A stretch of 64,000 nt of DNA from Trueperaceae bacterium (GTDB lineage: Bacteria > Deinococcota > Deinococci > Deinococcales > Trueperaceae): positions 256,001 to 320,000 of the forward strand of contig JAXHNB010000002.1 in NCBI GenBank assembly GCA_034520945.1, written 5' to 3'. The translations under genes were made by a program, and so were the position numbers. A model generated the notes under the pieces. It saw only the letters and a program-made list of their open reading frames with translations. It searched no databases and was not told the DNA's origin. Positions 9,466-16,877 of this stretch are shown here, piece by piece. Every line of letters begins with the position of its first letter. Position 1 is the stretch's first letter.

Positions 9466-9840
9466 GTTCGGGGTGGACCCTCGGGCCACCCAGCTGACGC
9501 TCCCTTGCGAAGCACCAGCCTGACGCCATGCGTCAATTGCTCGGTGCGAATCCCCACGCCCCGCTCCTCGAGCTCTGGGGATAGGAACACCGGCGCGCGG
9601 TCGTTGTAGACCTCGAGCACCCGCATCATCGGCTCGGGCGGAGCGAGGCCGCGATCGTTCAGCGACCGCGAAGCGTCGGGCCAATCCTCGTCGTCACCCT
9701 GGACAGCGCCGCCCCCCTTGTGCCGTTGCTCGGGTGCCTCGCTGGGCTGCACGCCGGCGCGGGGACGGAACATCACCTGCCAGTCCCCCTTGCAGGTCGT
9801 CACGGACGTCGAGATGAACGACGTCTTCGCTTCCCTCCAT
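9462..9840 (-). pseudogene. Two-domain DUF2249-like protein, internally deleted and frameshifted
   Basis: MEGSEDVVHLDVRDDLQGG jumps with a frame change (about 9785) to GDWQVMF; the second domain RGLAPPEPMMRVLE-VYNDRAPVFLSPELEERG lacks its middle segment. Confidence 0.6.
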
Positions 9841-9920
9841 CGAGTTCGCCTCCATTCCTCATGCGCGAGCGGAGTGCGTTGGGTCGGCCGGGCCGTCCCA
9901 CCTTGGCTCCCCCGGCGACA

Positions 9921-10814
9921 TCAGCCCCGGTCCGTACGCCGCTGCAACAGGAGCGACATGCTCACCAGCACGATCGACGCCAGGATCATCAGCGCGCTGA
10001 CGGCGTTGATCTCCGGCGGGACGCGCTGCTTCAGCAGGCCGTACACGAACAGCGGCAACGTCGTGGTGCCCACGCCGGCGGTGAAGAAGGTGATCACGAA
10101 GTCGTCGAGGCTCAACGTGAACGCCAACAGCGCGCCCGCCAGGATGCCGGGCGCGACGCCGGGAAGCGTCACGCGCCAGAAGGTCTGCAAACGGTTGGCG
10201 CCCAGGTCCTGCGCTGCCTCCTCCAGACTGGGGTTCATGCCTTGCAGGCGGGCCCGCACCGTGATCAGCACGAAGGCGATGTTGAACGACACGTGTCCGA
10301 TGATGATGGTGGCGAAGCCGGTCACGAAGCGGTGGCCGCTCACCAGTTCGATCGCTTCGAACGCGATGCGGAAGAACACCGCCAGCGACACGCCCTGCGT
10401 GATGTCGGGGATCACGACCGGCAGGTAGTACAGCGCGTCGAAGGTGCGCCGGCCGCGAAAACGCCCGCGGGTGACCGCCAGCGCGAACGCCGTGCCGATG
10501 GCGGTCGCCAGCACGGTGGAGACCGTCGCCACGAACAGCGAGTTCCGCACGGCGGAGAGGAGAAGCTCGGTGCGGAACGACCCGGGACCCGCGCCGTTCA
10601 GCGAGCCTTCGAACAACCCGCGGTACCACCGCAACGAGAAGCCGCGCCAGACCGAGACGCTGTCGGCGTCGTTGAACGAGAACACGATCAGTACCACGAT
10701 GGGGAGCCACAAGAACGCGTACACGACCCATGGGACGAGGTTCAGCAGGGCGCGGCCGACGCGGCGGCCGGCCAGGTCGCGCGCCAGGGCGCCCGGGCGT
10801 TCAGCGGGTGTCAC
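9921..10814 (-). CDS. potC: Polyamine ABC transporter permease (PotC-like)
   Basis: EEAAQDLGA loop; AFTLSLDDFVITFF; PPEINAVS. Confidence 0.9.
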   Translation of the reverse strand: MTPAERPGALARDLAGRRVGRALLNLVPWVVYAFLWLPIVVLIVFSFNDADSVSVWRGFSLRWYRGLFEGSLNGAGPGSFRTELLLSAVRNSLFVATVSTVLATAIGTAFALAVTRGRFRGRRTFDALYYLPVVIPDITQGVSLAVFFRIAFEAIELVSGHRFVTGFATIIIGHVSFNIAFVLITVRARLQGMNPSLEEAAQDLGANRLQTFWRVTLPGVAPGILAGALLAFTLSLDDFVITFFTAGVGTTTLPLFVYGLLKQRVPPEINAVSALMILASIVLVSMSLLLQRRTDRG

Positions 10815-11655
10815 GCGTCCCCCATCGCGCGTAGATCAGGACGCTGACGAACACCAGGACCAACAACACCATCGACACGGCCGAGCCGAGGGGGATGTTG
10901 CCGCGGCCGCCGTACTGGGTCTGGATCAGGTTGCCGATCATCAGGCCCTGCGTGCCGCCCATCAGGTCGGGCGTGAGGAACGCCCCGACGCTGGGGATGA
11001 ACACCAGGATCGAGCCGGCCACGATGCCGGGCATGGTGAGGGGCAGCACCACGCGGCGGAAGGCGCGCCAGTCGTTGGCGCCCAGGTCGTACGCGGCCTC
11101 GACGAACCGGAGGTCCAGGCGGCCCACCGACGCGTAGATCGGCAGCACCATGAACGGCAGGTAGCCGTAGACGAGCCCCAGAACCACCGCCCCTTCGGTG
11201 AAGAGGAACCGGATGGGCTCGTCGATGAGCCCGGCCCGCTGCAGCAGGCCGTTCAGAAGGCCGTCTCGCTCCAGCAGGGTGATCAGCGCGTAGGTGCGGA
11301 CCAGGAAGTTGGTCCAGAACGGCAGCAGCACCAGGAACAGAAGCACCATCCGCACCCGTGGGTCACGGCGCCTGGCGATGAAGTACGCCAGCGGGTAGCC
11401 CAACGATAGGCACAGGACCGTGCTGAGCAGCGCGAACCACAGGGTCCGCCACAAAACGGTATCGAACACGGTCAGCGTGCGGACGTAGTGCTCCAGGGTG
11501 GCGGGCGGTACGGGGACGCCGCCTGTACCGCGCGACAGGAAACTGGACACGGCGACGAAGGCGAGCGGCAGCAGGAAGAACACGATCAGCCAGGCGACGG
11601 CGGGCGACGCCAACCAGGCGGCCCGGCGTCGATCGCGTCGGGAAGGGTCGTTCAC
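10801..11655 (-). CDS. potB: Polyamine ABC transporter permease (PotB-like)
   Basis: LPFWTNFLVRTYA, YGYLPFMVLPIY, EAAYDLGA; start (GTG 11655) uncertain. Confidence 0.9.
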   Translation of the reverse strand: MNDPSRRDRRRAAWLASPAVAWLIVFFLLPLAFVAVSSFLSRGTGGVPVPPATLEHYVRTLTVFDTVLWRTLWFALLSTVLCLSLGYPLAYFIARRRDPRVRMVLLFLVLLPFWTNFLVRTYALITLLERDGLLNGLLQRAGLIDEPIRFLFTEGAVVLGLVYGYLPFMVLPIYASVGRLDLRFVEAAYDLGANDWRAFRRVVLPLTMPGIVAGSILVFIPSVGAFLTPDLMGGTQGLMIGNLIQTQYGGRGNIPLGSAVSMVLLVLVFVSVLIYARWGTRDTR

Positions 11656-11935
11656 CGGGCCAGCTTCCCCGTGAGGCGCATGGGGTCCGAGAATACCCCA
11701 CGCCTCGCGGCGCGGCGACGCGCCGACGGTGCCCCGTAAGGTCCGGAGCCCCACCGAGGCCGGGCGTGTGCTAACATACGTCCCACACGGCTACGAAGGA
11801 GCGTGAAAGCTTTCGAGCGACCCTACGGCGCGCGGTTCGACCGGAACGGATTCGTTCCTCGGCCGCGGTCATCCCGGCCCTCGTTCCCCGGTGGGGCACG
11901 CGCGGGCCGCGCGCGGGGCGCCCGTGGCGACATCC

Positions 11936-12664
11936 ATGCCGACCTCCGACGAATCTTCGCGAGCGACGAACGACCCGCCGCTGCCGTTCCACGTCGTGCG
12001 GACGGAACCGCGCCACGCGGAGGCGGTTGCTCGCCTGATGCGGCGTGCGCACGGCATCGGCGATGATGAGCCCTGCCCCAGTTGCCCCACGCCGGCGATG
12101 GTGCTGAGGCAGGTTCAGCGCTTTCCCGACGGGCAGTTCGTGGCGGTCAGCGAAGGCGATGACGACGAGGTGATCGGCGCGGGTACGTTGATGCGCACCG
12201 ACTACCCACCGACGGCACGTCCGTTGCCCTGGCTCCGCATGGTGGGGGGTCTGAGCCTCCGGAACCACGACCCGAACGGGCGGTGGTTGTACGGCGTCGA
12301 GCTGGTGGTGGACCCCTCCGCCCAGGGCCGCGGGGTGGGCAGCGCCCTGTACGAGCGACGACTCGCGCTGGTGCGCGAACTGGGGCTTGCGGGCATGTAC
12401 GCGGGCGGCATGCTGAAGGGGTATGCCCGCTATCGCGACCGGATGTCCCCGCGCGCCTACGCCGAGCGGGTGCGACGGGGTCAAATCGACGATCCCACCG
12501 TCAGCATGCAACTCAGGCGCGGCTTCGAGGCGGCCGGCGTGATCGAGAATTACGAGGACGACGACGAATCGGGCCACTGCGCCATGTTGATCGTGTGGCG
12601 GCCCGAAACGGCCGAGACCGAGAAGCATACGCGCCGCGGGGCGCGACCCAAGCCGACGGCCTGA
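11936..12664 (+). CDS. GNAT-family N-acetyltransferase
   Basis: FPDGQFVA, HDPNGRWLYGVELVVDPSAQGRGVGSALY (acetyl-CoA motif QxxGxG), DPTVSMQL. Confidence 0.85.
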   Translation: MPTSDESSRATNDPPLPFHVVRTEPRHAEAVARLMRRAHGIGDDEPCPSCPTPAMVLRQVQRFPDGQFVAVSEGDDDEVIGAGTLMRTDYPPTARPLPWLRMVGGLSLRNHDPNGRWLYGVELVVDPSAQGRGVGSALYERRLALVRELGLAGMYAGGMLKGYARYRDRMSPRAYAERVRRGQIDDPTVSMQLRRGFEAAGVIENYEDDDESGHCAMLIVWRPETAETEKHTRRGARPKPTA

Positions 12665-12676
12665 GGGGATGCGCGA

Positions 12677-13444
12677 TCACACGCCGGCGTCACGCGACCG
12701 GCGCGCCTCGTCCCGTGCGAGCGCGTGCGGCGCCAGGGCCGCGTCCAGGTCGCGTTGCGGTCGGCATAGGCCGAAGCCCTGCCCTAGGGCGATGCCGAGG
12801 GCACGAAGGTTGGGCACCACGGCCGGGTCCTCGATCCCTTCCGCCGTGAGGCGCATCCCCGCCTCGGCCAGGCGCCGCACCGCACGTCCCGACGCGCCCC
12901 ATGGCGCCAGCAGCACGTCCTCCACCACGCTTCGGTCCAGCTTGATGCCGGCGACGCGAAGGTTCCGGGGGAAGCGCACGGGCAGGTCGGCGGGCCGGAC
13001 GTCGTCCAGGAGCACCTCGATGCCGAGCTGGGCCAGGTACGTCACCGAGGCGGCATACGAAGACAGGTCGGGGATCCGTTGCTCGGTCAGCTCGACGCGC
13101 AGGCGGCGCCGGATTTCGGGCCGGAGCGCGCGGAGGCGGCGACTGGTGGAGGGGAGGGCCAGTTGGACGGGCGACAGATTCAAGTGCAGCGGTGGGGCCG
13201 TCGGGTGCGACGCCAACAGGTCCCCCAGGGCGGCGACGCCGTAGCGGGTGAACGCGTCGAGGCCGTCGCCGTGCAGGATCGGGTCGAGGAAGTCGGCGGG
13301 GCCGCGGACGGTTCCGTCCGGTTTGGGCCAACGTACGAGCGCTTCGAGCCCGTCGATGTGGCCGGTCGCGAGGTCCACCACGGGTTGAAGATGAAACGTC
13401 AGCTCGTGAAGGTGGGGGCGTTCCCGGGGATCGGGAGGGAGCAT
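12677..13444 (-). CDS. Stand-alone EAL-domain protein with altered loop 6
   Basis: QPVVDL..EALVRW, NLS, ELTE, KLDRS, AEGIE and QGF present; DDFGTG replaced by DDVRPA. Confidence 0.85.
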   Translation of the reverse strand: MLPPDPRERPHLHELTFHLQPVVDLATGHIDGLEALVRWPKPDGTVRGPADFLDPILHGDGLDAFTRYGVAALGDLLASHPTAPPLHLNLSPVQLALPSTSRRLRALRPEIRRRLRVELTEQRIPDLSSYAASVTYLAQLGIEVLLDDVRPADLPVRFPRNLRVAGIKLDRSVVEDVLLAPWGASGRAVRRLAEAGMRLTAEGIEDPAVVPNLRALGIALGQGFGLCRPQRDLDAALAPHALARDEARRSRDAGV

Positions 13445-13502
13445 GTCTTCGCCCTTTCCGGGGCGTGATCGGCGCGTGCGTTCATGGCCGTGAGGGCATG
13501 GC

Positions 13503-13531
13503 CACGGCCGCTGGTCGGACCAGCGGCCGTG
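13503..13531. terminator. Perfect 13-bp hairpin between the repeat-peptide gene and the EAL gene (stabiliser or attenuator)
   Basis: CACGGCCGCTGGT-CGG-ACCAGCGGCCGTG; no U-tract. Confidence 0.6.
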
Positions 13532-13553
13532 TTCCGGAGGTGTACGGTCGGGA

Positions 13554-13907
13554 TCAACCCACGTCGGGGATCACGACCGAGCCGCTGCCTGCCAGGAGCT
13601 CGTCGAGGTCGAGGCTCCCCACGTCCGGAATCACCACGGACCCGCTCCCCGCGAGCGAAGGCGCCTCGAGGGGCGCGGCCCCCACGTCCGGGATGACGAC
13701 GCTGCCGCTGCCGGCGTGCAGGTCCGTGTCGTCGCTCGAGGTCGTCCCTACGTCGGGGATCACGACCGAGCCGCTGCCCGCCGTGCTCGGCGCGGTGGCG
13801 TGATCCGCACCCGTGCCCAGGGCCAACGCGAGGCCGATCACGAGTACCGACACCAGGACGAACAACGGGGCGACGAACTTCGGAAGCTGCAGCGTACGGG
13901 TCATCAC
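13554..13907 (-). CDS. Secreted multi-core repeat-peptide precursor (4x AGSGSVVIPDVG)
   Basis: GAGGAGG RBS; hydrophobic N-terminus FVAPLFVLVSVLVIGLALAL; four identical 12-aa cores, the last ending at the stop codon. Confidence 0.85.
   Translation of the reverse strand: MMTRTLQLPKFVAPLFVLVSVLVIGLALALGTGADHATAPSTAGSGSVVIPDVGTTSSDDTDLHAGSGSVVIPDVGAAPLEAPSLAGSGSVVIPDVGSLDLDELLAGSGSVVIPDVG
13557..13781 (-). repeat. Four 36-bp coding repeats, protein-identical but synonymously diverged
   Basis: Copies at 13746-13781, 13680-13715, 13617-13652 and 13557-13592, with spacers of 10, 9 and 8 aa. Confidence 0.95.
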
Positions 13908-14158
13908 AAGGTCCTCCTCGGGAAACGCGGACGTGTGGGCCGGGACGGGTATGCCCCGTGACCTTCACTCGTCCGCAGCCTAGTGCGACCCGATTTAATC
14001 TCCGCCTAAGCCCGAGGCCCCGAGGCCTTGGACGCCGGTTGGCCGCGCGGCGCCTATCGTCTGGAGAAGCAGCGCGGGTCGCCTGCCACACCTCTTGAAC
14101 CGTCCGCCCGCATGCGCCGTGCCCGATCTCGTCCTCGACGTCTCGAAAGGACCTCTCC

Positions 14159-14338
14159 ATGACCCGAACCGAAGCGCTTCACCGCCTCCGAGGCACCTGG
14201 CGATTCGAACTGCGCGCCGGACGCGTGCGCGTCGCCGACCTGTCCCTGCTCCGCGCCCTGGACGCCGATCTCGGCGAGGCGCACGGCGAGGCCGCCACCG
14301 GGGACGGACGCGCCGCCACGACCTCGTTGGCTGGCTGA
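14159..14338 (+). CDS. Small hypothetical protein, 59 aa, absent from the ORF track
   Basis: GAAAGGA RBS then ATG: MTRTEALHRLRGTWRFELRAGRVRVADLSLLRALDADLGEAHGEAATGDGRAATTSLAG*. Confidence 0.5.
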   Translation: MTRTEALHRLRGTWRFELRAGRVRVADLSLLRALDADLGEAHGEAATGDGRAATTSLAG

Positions 14339-14399
14339 CCCCCCCGCAGCGCCACCGCGGCGCTCACCCCCGGCGGCTTCGCTCCCGTATGCTCGGGGT

Positions 14400-16865
14400 G
14401 TGTGGACGACGCGCATTCATGAGGCGCTGGCCTGCGACGCCGGCCCCCACCTGCTGTTGGGGGGCGAAGCGTACGGTGTCCCCTACCTGATCGAGGATCT
14501 CGGCCGCGACGCGAAGCTCGCCTGGATGCGGGCCACGCCGGCCGATCGGGACGATGCCGTCGCGCAAGGCAACCTGCTGGCGGAAGCGGTCAACCGCGCC
14601 GTCGGGGGGCAACTGCTCGCGGGCGCGTTGCCGTTCGCGTATCAACTCCGGGTGCTCCGTCACCACCTGGTCGACCTGGCGCCGCTCACGCTGGCCCTGT
14701 CCGAAGCGCAGCACGCGGCCGCGTTGGCCCGCGCGCTGGCCGAGGCCCACCGGCCCGGCCTGTGCGTCCTCCTGGATGCGTCCGAGCGGATCCCCGACCT
14801 GCACGTCCACGAGATCCCGCCCGAGGTGCTGGCGTTGCGCCGCGACGAGGCGCGCGCCTTGGCGCCGCACGGCCTCAGTGATGCCACGGTCGAGCAGTCG
14901 TGGCGCACCAGCGGGGGGCGGATGGCGGACTTCCTGGTGCGCGTGCTGCGCGCCGCCCGGATGCCCGTCCCGACCCTTCCCACCCCAGACGCGCGCGTCC
15001 TGCCGCCCCAGGAGGCGCGGAGCGAGGATCCCGGGCGCGTCGTGCGGGCGCTGGTCCGCGAGCGCCGCTTCGTCGAAGCACTCGAACTGGCCGTCATGGC
15101 CCAGCCCGACGCGGTCGAAGGGCTGTTGCGGGAGGCCGGCCCGGCCTATCAGGAGCGGGGCCTCCTCGGGCGGCTGCACCTCCTGCTCTCGAGCCTGGAC
15201 GCGCCGCACCGCACCGAGGAACGCGTCCTCGAATGGCGGCTGGTCGCGGGGTTCGCCGCCCATGATCTCGACGTGGTCCCGGAGGTCGACCGCCACCTGG
15301 CGGCCTTCGACGCGCCACGCCTGCGCGCACGCCGCGCCGGCCTTCTGCCGCCCGAAGAGGCGCGGAAGATGGCGCGGGAGGCGCTGCACGGCCTGCGGGA
15401 CCCCTTGACGCTGTTCCAGGCGGGCCGCTTCGCCGAGGACGAGGCCGAGGCCGCCGACCTGCTGCTGGCGTCGGTTCGCGTGGCGGAGGATGAGGGCACC
15501 GCCTACGACGTCGTCCGCAATGCCGGCATGCTCGGTGAGCGCTACCTGCACGACGGCCGCCTGGACGAGGCGGCCACCTGGTTGGAATGGGCGTTGGACA
15601 CCTACGCCCGCAAAGGGATCCAGGACGGCAGCCGCCGCTTGCGCATCTTGAACGACCTGGCGGTGGCGCGGCTCCTCCTCGGGGCGTCGGCCGGCCTTCG
15701 CATGCAGCTCGAGGAGGCCCAACGTTCGCTGGAGGGCATCCTGCCCAGCTTGGCGCTGCTGTTCCGAACCACCCTGGCCGACATGGCCCGTGCCGCCGGC
15801 CGCGAGGACGAGGCGCACGAACTACTTGTGAGCGTGCAGGAGGGGGCCCCACGCAGGCTTCGGGCCCACTTCGCGCTGCCGTGGGTGCTGCACTGCCTGC
15901 GCCGGGGCGAGATCTCCGCCGCGCAGCAGGCGGCCCGAGAGGTGGAAGCCCTCTCCCGCGTGGACGGCGGCACCGTGCGTGCGCCGGCCCGGATCGCGAT
16001 GGCGGTGATCGCCTCCGTGACCGCACCGGACGACCCCGACACGCGGAGTGAGCTCCTGGCCGCCATCGATGCGCCGCACCTGCAGCTCGAGCAGGCCGTC
16101 ATCGGGGGCTGCGCCGCCCTGGCGGCCGGTGCGGCGCTGGACGACGTGCCGGTCCGGGTCGGGCGGGTGCTGCGCCGTGTGCCGGACGCCATGCTGGAGG
16201 CGTTCTGCACCGGGCCGCGCACGGCCCGCGTGGTCCGCTCCGCCGTGCGCGGCGACCGCGCGCCCCTGGTCCTCGCCTTCGCCGCCGACGGGCCGCCCCG
16301 GGCCCGACTGGACGGCGAGCCGCTCGAGCTGAGCGGGCGCCTGTTCGAGGTGGCCCTGATGCTGACCCTTCACCCCGACGGGCTCGGGGACGAACGGTTG
16401 CACGACCTGCTGGTGGGGGACGGCGGGGCGTTCGGGCTGAGCGCGTTGCGGACCCACGTGAGCCGCCTGAGGGCCCGGGTGCCTATCAGCCGCGCGCCGT
16501 ACCGCTTCGAGGTTCCGGTCGAGACCGACGTAGGCGAAGCGCGGGCCCTGCTGGCCCGCCGCCGCGTCCGCGAAGCCATGGCGTGCGCCCCGGGGCCGAT
16601 GCTTCCAGGTAGCGACGCGCCGGGCGTGGAGGCCGTGCGCGAGGAGTTCGCGGAGGAACTCCGCCAAGCGGCCCTGGCCAGCGGCGACGGCGAGGTGCTG
16701 GTCGAACTGGGCGACCGCATGCCGCACGACCTGGAGATCTGGGAGGCGGCGTTGGGCGCCCTGACCGACGGCGACGCCCGCGTGCCGTTGATCAAGGCGC
16801 GGATCGCGCGGCTGCAGCGCGCCTACGACCTGCCCGGCGCGCCGTGGGCCGATGCCCATGCCTGA
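14400..16865 (+). CDS. Large transcriptional regulator: degenerate MalT-like N-terminus, helical (TPR-like) middle, C-terminal winged-HTH/activator-like domain
   Basis: AWMRATPADRDD (MalT-like), Ala/Leu-rich helical repeats, C-terminus LMLTLHPDGL..LRTHVSRLRAR..PYR..GPMLPGSDAPGV; TATGCT box 6 nt before the GTG. Confidence 0.7.
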   Translation: MWTTRIHEALACDAGPHLLLGGEAYGVPYLIEDLGRDAKLAWMRATPADRDDAVAQGNLLAEAVNRAVGGQLLAGALPFAYQLRVLRHHLVDLAPLTLALSEAQHAAALARALAEAHRPGLCVLLDASERIPDLHVHEIPPEVLALRRDEARALAPHGLSDATVEQSWRTSGGRMADFLVRVLRAARMPVPTLPTPDARVLPPQEARSEDPGRVVRALVRERRFVEALELAVMAQPDAVEGLLREAGPAYQERGLLGRLHLLLSSLDAPHRTEERVLEWRLVAGFAAHDLDVVPEVDRHLAAFDAPRLRARRAGLLPPEEARKMAREALHGLRDPLTLFQAGRFAEDEAEAADLLLASVRVAEDEGTAYDVVRNAGMLGERYLHDGRLDEAATWLEWALDTYARKGIQDGSRRLRILNDLAVARLLLGASAGLRMQLEEAQRSLEGILPSLALLFRTTLADMARAAGREDEAHELLVSVQEGAPRRLRAHFALPWVLHCLRRGEISAAQQAAREVEALSRVDGGTVRAPARIAMAVIASVTAPDDPDTRSELLAAIDAPHLQLEQAVIGGCAALAAGAALDDVPVRVGRVLRRVPDAMLEAFCTGPRTARVVRSAVRGDRAPLVLAFAADGPPRARLDGEPLELSGRLFEVALMLTLHPDGLGDERLHDLLVGDGGAFGLSALRTHVSRLRARVPISRAPYRFEVPVETDVGEARALLARRRVREAMACAPGPMLPGSDAPGVEAVREEFAEELRQAALASGDGEVLVELGDRMPHDLEIWEAALGALTDGDARVPLIKARIARLQRAYDLPGAPWADAHA

Positions 16866-16877
16866 GCAGGGGCGGCC

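Noticed and set aside
13557..13781. 36-bp repeats with 24-30-bp spacers resembling a CRISPR array
   Set aside because: The repeats differ at third codon positions, stay in frame within an ORF with an RBS and signal peptide, and no cas genes are present.
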